In this document: positions 28,697 through 39,617 of the stretch, piece after piece
How the letters are laid out: each line of letters begins with the position of its first letter
Position numbering within the stretch: the stretch's first letter is position 1
DNA from: Fibrobacterales bacterium
GTDB taxonomy: Bacteria > Fibrobacterota > Fibrobacteria > Fibrobacterales > JAOPTW01
Reading direction: 5' to 3'
Assembly (NCBI GenBank): GCA_051532035.1
Contig: JAOPTW010000008.1
Span: forward strand, 64,001-128,000
Length of the DNA: 64,000 nt
Program-made: the position numbers and the translations under genes
Notes under the pieces: model-generated
The model's input: the letters and a program-made list of their open reading frames with translations, nothing else
Database searches by the model: none
Told to the model about the DNA's origin: nothing

Positions 28697-29347
28697 ATGA
28701 GACGATATTTTATTGGCGATATACATGGATGTGCCGAAGAGCTTGCAGAGCTTATTGAGACACTTGACTACACCCCTGGGGTAGATCAGCTCTACTCTGT
28801 TGGTGATGTCATCAATAAAGGCCCCGACTCATTGGGGGTGCTCGACCTCATCAAACACCATAACATTAAATGCGTCCTTGGTAATCACGATAATCTTTTT
28901 CTCGAAACCTACCGAACTCCTGAGGATGACCGAACTCAGAAACAGCATCTCTTTATGAAACAATTTCGTGGTCGAGCCGAAGAGTGCTACCACCAAATTA
29001 ATTCATGGCCACTTCTTAGAGATTTAGGCGACATCATAGTGGTGCATGCTGGTCTTGAACCCGGAAGAACAAATATCAGTGAGACCCCAAAAGAGATACT
29101 CACAACCATTCGTACATGGGATGGTACCGGAGCAGACCTCAATAACCGCCATGACCCCAAATGGTACGATGTAGCAATCTGGGACAAACTCATCATTTTT
29201 GGACACTGGGCCAAAAATGGATTGGTTCACTCAGAGCACTTTATTGGGCTCGACACAGGATGTGTCTACGGTGGAGCATTAACTGCGTATTGCCCCGAAG
29301 AAACACTCTTTTTTACTGCACCATCCAAACAACCCAAGCGTTTTTAA
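28697..29347 (+). CDS. Metallophosphoesterase (ApaH/PPP family)
   Basis: GDIHGC, GDVINKGPDS, GNHD, VHAG, FGHW, LDTGCVYGG. Confidence 0.93.
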   Translation: MRRYFIGDIHGCAEELAELIETLDYTPGVDQLYSVGDVINKGPDSLGVLDLIKHHNIKCVLGNHDNLFLETYRTPEDDRTQKQHLFMKQFRGRAEECYHQINSWPLLRDLGDIIVVHAGLEPGRTNISETPKEILTTIRTWDGTGADLNNRHDPKWYDVAIWDKLIIFGHWAKNGLVHSEHFIGLDTGCVYGGALTAYCPEETLFFTAPSKQPKRF

Positions 29348-29486
29348 GCCCCAAGTACAAGGTAGTAGTCATTTACTTCACTTTAGGTAAATTCACTCAT
29401 CACAATGAGACTCTCTTGATCCTCAGAACGGGAGGAGTAAAATTTTTCTATATTTTACCTACCTGAATAGGAGGCGAAGTAGCGTT

Positions 29487-30491
29487 ATGGAAATCACAAA
29501 AAATAGTATTACCCTCATTAAACCTGATGATTTACATCTGCATATTCGTCAAGGTGAACCTCTCATCAATTACGTCAATGAGACCGCACGTCAATTTAAA
29601 CGCGCAGTAATCATGCCCAATACACTCCCTCCTATTATTACGCCAGAAGGACTGGAAGAGTACCGAGCATTTATTCTTGAGCACACTGATGGTTTTGAAC
29701 CACTCATGACCTTCAAATTAATCCCAGGAATGGAAATTTCTGCAATAGCAGCATTTAAAGAGTGTAACGTTATTGCTGGTAAATACTATCCAGCTGGCGC
29801 AACAACCAATGCAGAAGATGGTGCCACCAACATTACACAACTCTACCCGCTCTTTAAAGAGATGGAACGCCTCGATATGGTGCTTTCTATTCATGGAGAA
29901 GACCCCCATGCACTCTGTATCGACCGTGAAGAGGCATTTTTACCAAGCCTTCAGAATCTTGTCGATACCTTCCCTAAGCTTAGAATTGTCCTTGAGCACG
30001 TCTCATCTGCCGCCGCGATTAAAAAAGTACAAGAACTTCCCGATACCGTTGTAGCCACCATAACCGTACACCACCTTTTTATAACTCTTGATGATGTCAT
30101 CAAAAACCCACATAACCTTTGTATGCCTATTGCCAAACGCGCGAGCGATCGTGACGCCATTGCAGCAGCAGCACTTTCGGGTGACAAGAATTTCTTTTTT
30201 GGCTCTGACAGTGCACCACACCCAAAAACATCTAAAGAGTGTGCATCAATAAGTGCTGGCGTCTATACCGCACCTGCCGCACTTCCGCTGTTAGTTGAAT
30301 TTTTTGATCAAAACGATGCTCTCGATCTTCTCGAAAACTTCTGTTCGGTTTTTGGAGCTCAGTACTATGGCATCCCACAAAACAGTGAAACCATTACCCT
30401 CAAAAAAATATTACACAAGATACCCGAAATCTGTTATGGTGTTGTTCCTTTTAAGGCCGGAGAGACGGTTCGCTGGAAAATTGATGATTAA
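29487..30491 (+). CDS. pyrC: Dihydroorotase (homodimeric type)
   Basis: PDDLHLHIR, MPN, KYYPAGATTN, IHGE, VLEH, FFGSDSAPH. Confidence 0.95.
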   Translation: MEITKNSITLIKPDDLHLHIRQGEPLINYVNETARQFKRAVIMPNTLPPIITPEGLEEYRAFILEHTDGFEPLMTFKLIPGMEISAIAAFKECNVIAGKYYPAGATTNAEDGATNITQLYPLFKEMERLDMVLSIHGEDPHALCIDREEAFLPSLQNLVDTFPKLRIVLEHVSSAAAIKKVQELPDTVVATITVHHLFITLDDVIKNPHNLCMPIAKRASDRDAIAAAALSGDKNFFFGSDSAPHPKTSKECASISAGVYTAPAALPLLVEFFDQNDALDLLENFCSVFGAQYYGIPQNSETITLKKILHKIPEICYGVVPFKAGETVRWKIDD

Positions 30492-31212
30492 TTCTATTAA
30501 AAATATATTAGCGTATACCCGAGGAGTTCTCTTTTTTGGGTCTATTATACTGTGGTATATAATTATTATCACTCCATGGACTATACTCTGTTTTCTTACC
30601 AACCAAAAGAGAATTTACCCCCATATTCAAGTACCCTTTTTCAAAGCCTTTTTCTTTATGTTTGGTATAAAACTAAAAGTGACCGGCAGTGAGCATATCA
30701 TGAAGGGTAAAAAATTTATTGTCCTCAGTAATCATCAATCGTTTATTGATATACCACTTATTGTTTCGCTCTCTGGCCACGTCGCCTTTTTAGCGAAAGA
30801 AGAACTCTTCAATGTCCCTATTTTTGGCTGGGCCATCAAGTCATCAGGGTCACTCCCTGTCTCACGTTCAAACCCACGTAAAAACAAAGGGCTTGCACAG
30901 AGAATGAAAAAGAATATTGATGATGGACACAATTTTTGTGCATTTCCTGAAGGCACTCGCTCTATCGATACGACAGTAGCTCCATTTAAAGTGGGAATCT
31001 TTAAATACATTAAAGACATTCAGCACCCCATTGTCCCCATCTCTATTTGCAATGCCAATAGTGTGCTACACAAAAGCTCAATCAAGTTTTTCCCTGGTGA
31101 AGTTGAAGTAATTATACATCCATCTATCAGTATTGAAACCATCCAAACAACGGATATTCCTGATCTGAAAGATATGGTTCGTGATATAATTGAATCAGGT
31201 GTAAATAAATAA
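30484..31212 (+). CDS. plsC: 1-acyl-sn-glycerol-3-phosphate acyltransferase
   Basis: NHQSFIDI, FLAKEEL, FPEGTRS; start moved to ATG 30484, overlapping the pyrC stop. Confidence 0.9.
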   Translation: MINSIKNILAYTRGVLFFGSIILWYIIIITPWTILCFLTNQKRIYPHIQVPFFKAFFFMFGIKLKVTGSEHIMKGKKFIVLSNHQSFIDIPLIVSLSGHVAFLAKEELFNVPIFGWAIKSSGSLPVSRSNPRKNKGLAQRMKKNIDDGHNFCAFPEGTRSIDTTVAPFKVGIFKYIKDIQHPIVPISICNANSVLHKSSIKFFPGEVEVIIHPSISIETIQTTDIPDLKDMVRDIIESGVNK

Positions 31213-31229
31213 AAACACAACACTCATTT

Positions 31230-31246
31230 AAGGAGCAAAGCTCCTT
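31230..31246. terminator. Stem-loop between convergent genes
   Basis: AAGGAGC-AAA-GCTCCTT with a downstream T-rich tract. Confidence 0.6.
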
Positions 31247-31272
31247 GGTATTTTATTTTTAAAGAGTACCGT

Positions 31273-32847
31273 CTAAAGCTCTACGCCTAATACTTTTAGT
31301 TCAGAAATTGCAACAGGAGTGCTTTGTCCTGTCGTATAAATCTCACGGATATGAAGTTCCATAGAGTGAGCTTCAAAGGGCTGAATATTAAAATACTGAA
31401 CCCCTTTGATGTTTTTCAGAACAATTCTTCGCGTTTGATTATTATCAGTTTTGAGCACTACTACTTTAGGTTTAGAAAAGAACTCAAACCGATCCTGATA
31501 CGAATCATCCCGTGAAAGCTGATAGCCAACAGCAATCCCAACAGTATAGACAAGGGTGTTTTCAGAGAAGATTATTTGAAGTGGGTTCATGTGTTCACTA
31601 AACACACCATTTGACGCCCATGCTGATCCAATTTTTTTATCAAGCAAATGATCAGGAGAGAGAGGACCATCTGTAAAAGTCTGCATATACTCTGCTGAAA
31701 CTGATGCAGGTGTAATAATTCCAAGTCCATCAACCTTCGCAAAAAGAAGGTAGGCTATAATCCCCAAAATAAGAGTAAGAAGAACAGCAAATCCCTTAAG
31801 TGTTTGCGTCCCTGTAATGGCCCTGATACTATCAGTTATCCTCTTCTGCTCACCAGTTTCTATATCATAATTTTCGCGATGCTTTTTGTACTTACCTTTA
31901 ATGGTCTCTTTTGCTTGAGTAACAGCACCAAATTCAACGGTATCGAGGTCATCAAGTACCTCAACCATATTTTTATAACGGTCTAGTTTACTTTTTGCCA
32001 AACACCTATTTACAATATGAGTCAATTGATCTGGTACACCACGGCGCTTAACATCAAGAACTTCAGGTTCTTTGTTCACATGATTATATGCTATTGCAAG
32101 AGGTTTACTCCCGATAAAAGGAGGATTGCCTGTGATCAGCTCATAGAGAATACAACCAACACTGTAAATATCCGTTTGAACATTAAGATCATTGCCTTGG
32201 CACTGTTCAGGAGACATATATTCCGGTGTCCCCATTGCCATACCTGTTGTGGTAAGGCGGTCCATATCTTTAATATATGAGATCCCAAAATCAGTAATAT
32301 AAATTCTATCAGACTTCGTAACAATAATATTAGAAGGCTTTACATCTCGGTGAATAATTTTAAAACTGTGTGCATACCGCAAGCCTCTACATATCTGTTG
32401 CGCATAATTTACTACCAGCGGAAAGTCGAGACGACCTCGTACTTTTAACAGTTCTGAGAGATTGATTCCCGCAACATATTTCATAGCAATAAACTGTTGT
32501 TCACCCTCAAACCCATATCCATACACTTGTACAATATTCTGGTGATCAAGTTCTTTCATAGCATTTGCTTCGGCCTCAAAACGCTTGATTTGATCATCGT
32601 TTGAGTTAAAGCTATCCATGATTTTTAATGCGACAAGCCTTCCCCCTTTAAAACTATTATCCATAGCTTTAAAGACGTTGCCCATGCCCCCTTTGCCCAA
32701 TTTGCTGAGAATCTCAAAATCGCCAAAAGGGCAGGGAAATGTATTACCACCTGTAATTTTCACTGATATCCTATTCTCTAATTCTGCAGATTGCACGGGT
32801 TCTACTGGGTTGGGTCTTTTTATACAACATAACCTTTTTAAAGGCAA
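31273..32847 (-). CDS. Hanks-type Ser/Thr protein kinase with a TM helix and an extracytoplasmic discoidin-like domain (start uncertain)
   Basis: LGKGGMGNV, VALK, HRDVKPSN, TDFG, GTPEYMSPEQ; TM helix; C-terminal HLLDKKIGSAWAS...VAISELKV. Confidence 0.92.
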   Translation of the reverse strand: MPLKRLCCIKRPNPVEPVQSAELENRISVKITGGNTFPCPFGDFEILSKLGKGGMGNVFKAMDNSFKGGRLVALKIMDSFNSNDDQIKRFEAEANAMKELDHQNIVQVYGYGFEGEQQFIAMKYVAGINLSELLKVRGRLDFPLVVNYAQQICRGLRYAHSFKIIHRDVKPSNIIVTKSDRIYITDFGISYIKDMDRLTTTGMAMGTPEYMSPEQCQGNDLNVQTDIYSVGCILYELITGNPPFIGSKPLAIAYNHVNKEPEVLDVKRRGVPDQLTHIVNRCLAKSKLDRYKNMVEVLDDLDTVEFGAVTQAKETIKGKYKKHRENYDIETGEQKRITDSIRAITGTQTLKGFAVLLTLILGIIAYLLFAKVDGLGIITPASVSAEYMQTFTDGPLSPDHLLDKKIGSAWASNGVFSEHMNPLQIIFSENTLVYTVGIAVGYQLSRDDSYQDRFEFFSKPKVVVLKTDNNQTRRIVLKNIKGVQYFNIQPFEAHSMELHIREIYTTGQSTPVAISELKVLGVEL

Positions 32848-32885
32848 TTAAACAGGGGTAAAATTTACAAGTCACTGACATAGCA

Positions 32886-33287
32886 CTAGTTAAGAGAAGG
32901 GATAAAGGCGTTTTCATAATGAGTTATTTGAGTTTTACCGTCATCAATCACCTGTATTCCAATGACATCAAATCGCATTGGTACATCCTCTATGTTATTG
33001 AGTGCACAATATTTGTGAGCAATTCTATAGATTTGCTGTTGCTTTTTGAGTGTGACCCACTCTTGTGGGGCACCGGCCTGAACACCTCTCGACGTCTTTA
33101 CCTCAACAAAAACTAACACACCATTAGGGTCATTTGCAATAATATCGAGTTCACCACTCCTCACTCTAAAGTTCTGCTCGCAGATGGAAAACCCTTTATC
33201 ACATAAAAAGCGTACAGCGCACTCTTCACCCATACTCCCTAAGGTCTTGTGATTCCTCTTTTGATTCTCTGGTGACTTATTCTGCAC
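32886..33287 (-). CDS. yraN: YraN (UPF0102) family endonuclease-like protein
   Basis: LGSMGEECA, GELDIIA, LVFVEVKT, RFDVIGI, ENAF; GTG 33287 preferred. Confidence 0.9.
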   Translation of the reverse strand: MQNKSPENQKRNHKTLGSMGEECAVRFLCDKGFSICEQNFRVRSGELDIIANDPNGVLVFVEVKTSRGVQAGAPQEWVTLKKQQQIYRIAHKYCALNNIEDVPMRFDVIGIQVIDDGKTQITHYENAFIPSLN

Positions 33288-34428
33288 TTGGAGCGTTCTC
33301 TCCACTCTCTTTTTTAACAAAATAGACCATAGTAGCCACCCCAAGAAGCATAAAAACAACTGCTACAATTGCGGTAGTGGTATCGCCTGGGAGGGTATTA
33401 ATGTTGGTATAGGCCTTAAAGCCCTTAACAACGTCAACAGTACTTCCCGCTTTAACATAGTTATCCATAACGATAAATTCTTTGAAAGGCCAGAGCGGGT
33501 AGAGGGATCCGGCAATAAGTCCCACTAAAAAACTAATAGTTGTATCGTGATATCTATTGAGTACAAACTCAATGAGTCGTGAAAAACCGAGAAGCCCAAT
33601 GACAAGCCCCAGTGCCATAACCCCTAAGAATATAAGGTAATCGATATTAACAAAATGCTCAATAAGAAGATCTGTCTGAAATGCTGCAATTGCAGAGACG
33701 ACCGCAAAATATTGCCCCAGAAGTATCAACACCAACGAACCACTTACTCCAGGGAGTACCATTGCTGAAATCGCAAGTGCTCCTGCGACAAAAATAAAGA
33801 GAAGTTCTCCCATTGAATATTTATGAGTAAAACGAAAGAAGGAGTCATTAACCACAGGAGTTTCGTTACTCCCTTGAGTGAGTACTTCAGAAGCATTCTC
33901 TGCGTCATAGCGTACTTGCATGAGCGCAGATTTCTTTGCAACTTTTTCTGCCGGATTTACTTGTGCAGCGACACCAACCGTTAGTGCAATGCCAGCAATA
34001 AGAGCCACAATTTGAACGATGCCTTTCTTTTTTATGAATTTATAAGGGATCAAAATTGAGAGAATAATTAAACCAAAAAAGTAGGCATAGGTAAACTCAA
34101 AGTGATTCACCAGTAAAAAAGCCATCAGTTTTGAAAGTGCAAGAATACTGAGCGCCGCCCCAAGGAGAATCATCATTATAAAAGGATAATCGTTCTCTTT
34201 TAACCAAGTGACGAGCTCATTAAATGCCTCTTTTTTAAATCCACTCGTGACCCAATTAATTTTTAGAGTAAGGCCTCTCTTAAGAGTAGTACCATTAATA
34301 GAATTGATACATTTAATAAGACGCTCATAGACGCCAAAAATAAGAGCAAATGTTCCACCGGAAACTCCTGGAATCAAGTTTGCAATGCCAATTATAAATC
34401 CTGTTACGATATGTTTAATTTCAAACAC
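33277..34428 (-). CDS. DUF368 membrane protein (PopT-like undecaprenyl phosphate translocase family)
   Basis: GIANLIPGVSGGTFALIFGVYERL and AMVLPGVSGSLVLILLGQY; GTG 34428 preferred. Confidence 0.9.
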   Translation of the reverse strand: MFEIKHIVTGFIIGIANLIPGVSGGTFALIFGVYERLIKCINSINGTTLKRGLTLKINWVTSGFKKEAFNELVTWLKENDYPFIMMILLGAALSILALSKLMAFLLVNHFEFTYAYFFGLIILSILIPYKFIKKKGIVQIVALIAGIALTVGVAAQVNPAEKVAKKSALMQVRYDAENASEVLTQGSNETPVVNDSFFRFTHKYSMGELLFIFVAGALAISAMVLPGVSGSLVLILLGQYFAVVSAIAAFQTDLLIEHFVNIDYLIFLGVMALGLVIGLLGFSRLIEFVLNRYHDTTISFLVGLIAGSLYPLWPFKEFIVMDNYVKAGSTVDVVKGFKAYTNINTLPGDTTTAIVAVVFMLLGVATMVYFVKKESGENAPSAE

Positions 34429-35101
34429 GGTTAACCTTTTGTATTGTGTGAATCTCAGTACTACACGAAGTACCATTGAGGGTAAATGTCTCGGTAGTAC
34501 TCGAAACAGTCAAACTCTTCTCTTTATAAAACCGATCGACCACTGACTCTTTCCCAAAACGTGCGGGGTCTGCAAGATAGAGTGATCCATTTTTGGTTAG
34601 GTGCAAATCTACAAATTTTATAACAGCCTCAGCAAGGTATTCCTCATATAAAATATCAGAAGCAAAGATGAGATCAAATTGAGTATTAAAACAGCTCGCT
34701 CCAATATCAAACGAAAGAAAATATCTAGGGAAAGCCGCCCCACTTACCACTCCCTGACAAAAAGAAACCGCTTCTGCCATGAGATCACTATGAGTGATAT
34801 GCCCACTATTCGTTTGAAGCATCTGCGCAAGCATTCCGCCTCCACACCCTATCTCGATACTATTATGCAAATCTATCTTGTTGCGCTTAAAAAAAAGATA
34901 GAGCCCAAATGCAGCATTCCATGAATCAAGCCAATAAGGAAAAAAACGATCATCACGCTCATGTCGTTTCCACTGCTCTTTGATTACCGCATCACTCTTT
35001 ATAGGGCACTGTAACGTGAATGTTTCATCATTCAATACAAAGTGTTCGTTCTTACTCTCCATCTCTATCCATTGTGTCATTAAACCACTTGTGGTACTCA
35101 C
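34421..35101 (-). CDS. Class I SAM-dependent methyltransferase (lysine methyltransferase-like); true start probably downstream
   Basis: FPYWLDSW, IEIGCGGG, FDLIFASDILYE, LADPAR. Confidence 0.8.
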   Translation of the reverse strand: MSTTSGLMTQWIEMESKNEHFVLNDETFTLQCPIKSDAVIKEQWKRHERDDRFFPYWLDSWNAAFGLYLFFKRNKIDLHNSIEIGCGGGMLAQMLQTNSGHITHSDLMAEAVSFCQGVVSGAAFPRYFLSFDIGASCFNTQFDLIFASDILYEEYLAEAVIKFVDLHLTKNGSLYLADPARFGKESVVDRFYKEKSLTVSSTTETFTLNGTSCSTEIHTIQKVNRV

Positions 35102-35402
35102 TACTCATTGAATCAATAGAGACTACAACAAATTCTGGCACATCATACGGATGTACTCTTTGAAAAAGTGATTCGATGTCTGAGAGTGACCTTTTGTGAG
35201 TCTTTATCATTAAACAATACTCTGTACTCTGCTCAACAGTCCCTTTCCACTCATAGAAACTCGTTACCCCTGGCAAAATTTGCACACAGGCAGCGACAGT
35301 ACTTTCAATAAGTATTTTGGAAAGTTCAAGCGCGCTTTCATGGGTGTTAGTTGTTGAATAGACGACAACATACTCTTTATCTATTAATGATTGAATACTC
35401 AT
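35052..35402 (-). CDS. cutA: Divalent-cation tolerance protein CutA
   Basis: AACVQI, SFYEWKG, HPYDVPE, EYHKW. Confidence 0.92.
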   Translation of the reverse strand: MSIQSLIDKEYVVVYSTTNTHESALELSKILIESTVAACVQILPGVTSFYEWKGTVEQSTEYCLMIKTHKRSLSDIESLFQRVHPYDVPEFVVVSIDSMSSEYHKWFNDTMDRDGE

Positions 35403-35404
35403 AC

Positions 35405-36961
35405 TTAGTAGGCCGGTGATACCGTTAGGTTTAAATTGTACGTATTGAGGCTCCCAGACACCGCAAATTGTATGCGGGTAAGAAAGAGATTAGACTTTCT
35501 CATTCTCAACCCAATAGCAAATGATGAACGCAAATTATCATTCCAGAGCTTATCGGCTGAATATAATGTTGGGGCAACGGTCGCGAGGTCGACAGAGAAA
35601 GTCCCAGCCATTAACCGGATTAAAGGAAATCGATACTCCATACTTGCAGCCATATATGCCTTATCAACTCCAGCGCGGCCATAAGCCCTCAATGGTGTTT
35701 CGTTACTAATGCTACTATACCCTTTAAAAAAACCCATACCAGGCACCACCTCCCACATTTGTCTCATTTTCCACTGAAACACAAGAACTTTACGCTGTAG
35801 AAAGTTTTTTTCTAACCGTTGAACCTTAAAAATATCAAGGAGATTCGAAACATTAAGGTTTTTTAAAAAACGGACATTATCTCTATCTTCACTTTTCGAA
35901 AAGTTATATGATTGCTCACCCAACAGGAGGTATTTTTGAAACTTAAGGTCGGCTGAATGAGTATTATGATTCAAGGGCGAATCTATAATATCACTTTTAT
36001 TTTGCACATCTGAATAGCCATACCCAACACTGATTCGATACCCTCGAGTCGGCATATGTTGAAAATCTGTCGTTGATTTACTCAGTGATCCATAATATAT
36101 ATGATTTTTATATTTTCGATAATCTTCGGGAAAACCACGCTGCACTAACGACGGTGGTGGTTCATTCTTCTCCACTGTAGATGTGTTTGTACTCGTATTA
36201 AAAAATGGGTCATAAAATTCAGGATGTTCCTGAGCCACCTGTGCATTGATACCCCACCCCCAAATAAGAGGATGGGAAAGCTCTGCTCGAAATGTAAATG
36301 TCGAGTCTCCGAAGATATATTCTTCGCCCGTCCCCGGATAGAGAAACGTATCCCCTTTTTTATTATTGACTTTAAACTCAGCAAAGAAACCCAAATTACT
36401 ACCAAAGAGTTTAGATCGCTTATACTTAGCCCGCATTCTCCAATCGCCATTTAAATATTTCGCGTAATTCAGGCGAAGCGCATCGTGATGGTCATCGCCC
36501 ATCAACCTAAAGTGACGATATGAGAATCCAATCAGTGAACCTGGGCCCGACATAATTTTTGCAACAGGAGTTATTATGAGATTCTCTCGTGGTCCAAAAG
36601 TAACGAGATCTATCGCCTTATTTATAATTTTCTCTTGAAACACATAGTTCATTGGGGGGCGAATAGGAGCAATGGCAACAGTAACAATTGGTTCTACTAG
36701 GTTTTCGAAGGGCCAGGCGAGTATCTCTATTGCTAGGGTACGCGAGTAGTGAATAATACTATCCACATTGACCAGACTCGAATCCGAGTCACTGCGAGTA
36801 GAATCTTCCATAGAAGGAACAGTATTTTTAGTAGAGAGATCATTCATAGTGGACATATCTATAGCACCATGATTTTGAGCTATTGAGCTCAACACACACA
36901 CCAAAATGCAAACCACTATGTTTCGAATGTTCACCATTTCTATCACACTTTTACTTATCAC
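35405..36961 (-). CDS. Outer-membrane beta-barrel protein, Omp85/BamA-TamA surface-antigen-like
   Basis: Signal peptide, PTRGYR, LRAYG (VRGY-like), ASMEYRFPL, FAIGLRM, terminal Tyr. Confidence 0.65.
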   Translation of the reverse strand: MISKSVIEMVNIRNIVVCILVCVLSSIAQNHGAIDMSTMNDLSTKNTVPSMEDSTRSDSDSSLVNVDSIIHYSRTLAIEILAWPFENLVEPIVTVAIAPIRPPMNYVFQEKIINKAIDLVTFGPRENLIITPVAKIMSGPGSLIGFSYRHFRLMGDDHHDALRLNYAKYLNGDWRMRAKYKRSKLFGSNLGFFAEFKVNNKKGDTFLYPGTGEEYIFGDSTFTFRAELSHPLIWGWGINAQVAQEHPEFYDPFFNTSTNTSTVEKNEPPPSLVQRGFPEDYRKYKNHIYYGSLSKSTTDFQHMPTRGYRISVGYGYSDVQNKSDIIDSPLNHNTHSADLKFQKYLLLGEQSYNFSKSEDRDNVRFLKNLNVSNLLDIFKVQRLEKNFLQRKVLVFQWKMRQMWEVVPGMGFFKGYSSISNETPLRAYGRAGVDKAYMAASMEYRFPLIRLMAGTFSVDLATVAPTLYSADKLWNDNLRSSFAIGLRMRKSNLFLTRIQFAVSGSLNTYNLNLTVSPAY

Positions 36962-37124
36962 TTTTAAATATAGCCAAAATTATAGTACTGGCGCCCTTTA
37001 ACCGTTGTGTATTGAGCCTCATTGAGGCCTCACCAAAATCCACACTCGCTCTCTTTTCTTTAAAATAGCTAGTTTTTATAGATTTCGAGACACAATGAAC
37101 GCATTTAAATACATTTAACACTAT

Positions 37125-39569
37125 ATGAGTATATTAATTTGCCGACTGCTCCATTCAGTCCATAAACGCCCTCTGACCGTACTAACGATCTCTTTGATAG
37201 TCTCTCTGTTTGCACTCTATCAGGCGTCACACCTCCAGCTCAACTTACGACTTCTCGATCTTTTTCCTGACGAGCAGCCTGCTACTATCGCCGCTAAAAA
37301 ACTACAGGAAAATTTTGGCGGATTTGGCACTCTCGATGTAATTGTCCAATCCAATTCCCCAGAGAGCAACCACCGTATTATCACTTCTTTGGAACAAAAG
37401 CTCACCGATACAACCCTCATAAATTTTGTTGAGTACAAGACAGAAGCTGCCTTTTTTCTCAAATATCGTCTTCTCTATATATCTCTTGCAGACCTCGAGC
37501 TCGTCCGAGACAGAGTCACCACACTCGCCCATGACATTCGCAAAACTCGCCACCCCTTTGTGGTGCAGCTCAGCGATCCTTCGAGTGAATCCATAGACTC
37601 ACTTATGAGAGACACCACCCTACAATTTGCAGACATTGAAGATAAATACTCCCATTCACTGAAAGAACACCTTGGCACTCATGATCAAGCCATTCAACTT
37701 CTTAAAATTTACCCCGACTTTGATGTCACTGATGTCAATAAGTCACTCACCCTCTTTAACTATGTAAAAAAGCAACTCTCCTCCATCGATACAACAGGAA
37801 CCTCTATTCACTATGCCGGAGAGATCTATACCAATATTTTGTCTGAAGGGAAACTTGTCAGCGAGCTAAAACGGTCAGCCTGGATCCCCATGGCTATTAT
37901 TCTCGCATTTCTACTCTTCTACTTTTATCGTCAACCCATGATCCCTCTCCTCACCATCATTCCTGTCGGTATTGGCGTTATCTGGACTCTTGGGGTCTTC
38001 GCACTCTCTCGTAAAAATCTCGACATGACCAGCCTCCTCTTGGCAATTGTCATTGTTGGGCTAGGAGTCGACTCCGTTGTCTACCTCCTCTCTCGTTATG
38101 GCGAGGAACGCCGGAAAGGACTTGGACCTGAAATAGCCTTCGAGAATATTATACTCGAAACAGGCCCGGCCGTAACCACCTCTTCCTTCACCACTGCCGC
38201 CTCTTTTTTCTGTATCGCCCTTATCCCCTTCCCCGCCTTTCATACCATCGGCATTTATGGGGGCATCGGCATCATCTGTCTCTGGCTCTCAGTTATGCTT
38301 AACTTCCCCTGTATTTTGATTCTCATACAACGCTTTCATGTTTTTAAAGTGTACGGCAAAAAGATCTACAACCACATACAGTTTAGAAGACGCCCCTTTA
38401 CCCTTTGGAAACTCCCCATCCCCTTTTTACTGGCACTCTTCCTCTTCCTTGGTTTTTATGGGTTCTACCCACAATTTGAATATGATTTTGATAAACTTGG
38501 ATTCGTAAATGAAAACAGATATGCTGAATCACTTCTCAAAAAGGCCGGTGAAGAGTATACGGAACCTGCTGTATTTATTGCCAACAATGATACCGAAGCG
38601 ACACAACTTGTGGCACACCTTCAAGGCTTAAAAAGTAGCCCTCAAAGTACTATTCGAAAGATCATATCCTATCACTCACTCCTCCCCTTTCACCAAGATG
38701 AGAAGCTCGAGATTATTGATGAACTCAAAGAGATTCTCACCCCTCAAATTCGATCACAACTTACCCCCGAGCTCCTTACCACTACAGAAAAATTGACTGA
38801 CTACTGGAATGTAGCCCCCCTGCACCAAGATGAGCTTCCCGAAAGCATTAAACGAAAATTTATGGGTCGCAATGAAAAACTCAGTAAGTTTATCTTTGTA
38901 TTCCCTAAAGCAAAGACCAATGATGGACTTGCTGCACGTAGATTTAGAAATGAAATTGGTGCTATAACCCTCGACTCATCAACACTTTACGCTACAGGTA
39001 AAGCGATCCTCACGGCGGATTTTCTCGACTTAACCCTCCCTCACTTAGGAAGAGTCCTTTTTTGGTCACTACTCGCTATTGGTCTTATTCTCTACATAGA
39101 CTCCCGAAGCTTAAAAAACACATTGATACTCCTTATTCCCGTTCTGATTGGGGGTTTTATCTTTATCGGAGTCCTCAACCTCTTGGGGTTAAAGTTCAAC
39201 TCCATCAGCATCATTATCTTCCCTCTCTTTTTAGGACTTGCTTCTGATGCAACCATCCATCTGTACTTCCGCTACCAAGAAGAGCAATCGGGCTCCCTCT
39301 TTTTTGTCCTGTTACGAACAGGGACCACCGTCGCAATAGCAATATTTACCTCAGTCATTGGCTTTATTGGGCTGCTCTTCGCCTCACATGGTGGGCTCTA
39401 CAGCTTAGGAATCATGATATTCATAGCATTTTTCATCACACTTTTAGTCGCTTTTATCATCTTTCCTATGGTGATGGGCTTTTTTGACAACAGTCGATGG
39501 AATAAAAGACTCAAAAGGCTCAAATTGAAAGATGAAATTGAGTCTCCAAATCCTCCAACTTTTTACTAA
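37125..39569 (+). CDS. MMPL/RND family transporter
   Basis: Two repeats of a large periplasmic loop plus TM bundle; GLGVDSVVYLLSRY.EE and GLASDATIHLYFRY.EE motifs. Confidence 0.88.
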   Translation: MSILICRLLHSVHKRPLTVLTISLIVSLFALYQASHLQLNLRLLDLFPDEQPATIAAKKLQENFGGFGTLDVIVQSNSPESNHRIITSLEQKLTDTTLINFVEYKTEAAFFLKYRLLYISLADLELVRDRVTTLAHDIRKTRHPFVVQLSDPSSESIDSLMRDTTLQFADIEDKYSHSLKEHLGTHDQAIQLLKIYPDFDVTDVNKSLTLFNYVKKQLSSIDTTGTSIHYAGEIYTNILSEGKLVSELKRSAWIPMAIILAFLLFYFYRQPMIPLLTIIPVGIGVIWTLGVFALSRKNLDMTSLLLAIVIVGLGVDSVVYLLSRYGEERRKGLGPEIAFENIILETGPAVTTSSFTTAASFFCIALIPFPAFHTIGIYGGIGIICLWLSVMLNFPCILILIQRFHVFKVYGKKIYNHIQFRRRPFTLWKLPIPFLLALFLFLGFYGFYPQFEYDFDKLGFVNENRYAESLLKKAGEEYTEPAVFIANNDTEATQLVAHLQGLKSSPQSTIRKIISYHSLLPFHQDEKLEIIDELKEILTPQIRSQLTPELLTTTEKLTDYWNVAPLHQDELPESIKRKFMGRNEKLSKFIFVFPKAKTNDGLAARRFRNEIGAITLDSSTLYATGKAILTADFLDLTLPHLGRVLFWSLLAIGLILYIDSRSLKNTLILLIPVLIGGFIFIGVLNLLGLKFNSISIIIFPLFLGLASDATIHLYFRYQEEQSGSLFFVLLRTGTTVAIAIFTSVIGFIGLLFASHGGLYSLGIMIFIAFFITLLVAFIIFPMVMGFFDNSRWNKRLKRLKLKDEIESPNPPTFY

Positions 39570-39617
39570 GTTTCCGATGTAAAGAATCAACATGTTTCAC
39601 ACTATTACACGGTTACT

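Noticed and set aside
30295..30483. Long N-terminal extensions of ORF-track calls (plsC, yraN, aguA, flgM, the sigma54 regulator) suggesting extensive gene overlaps
   Set aside because: Downstream starts with RBS or coupling match the family N-termini; the extensions are longest-ORF artefacts.
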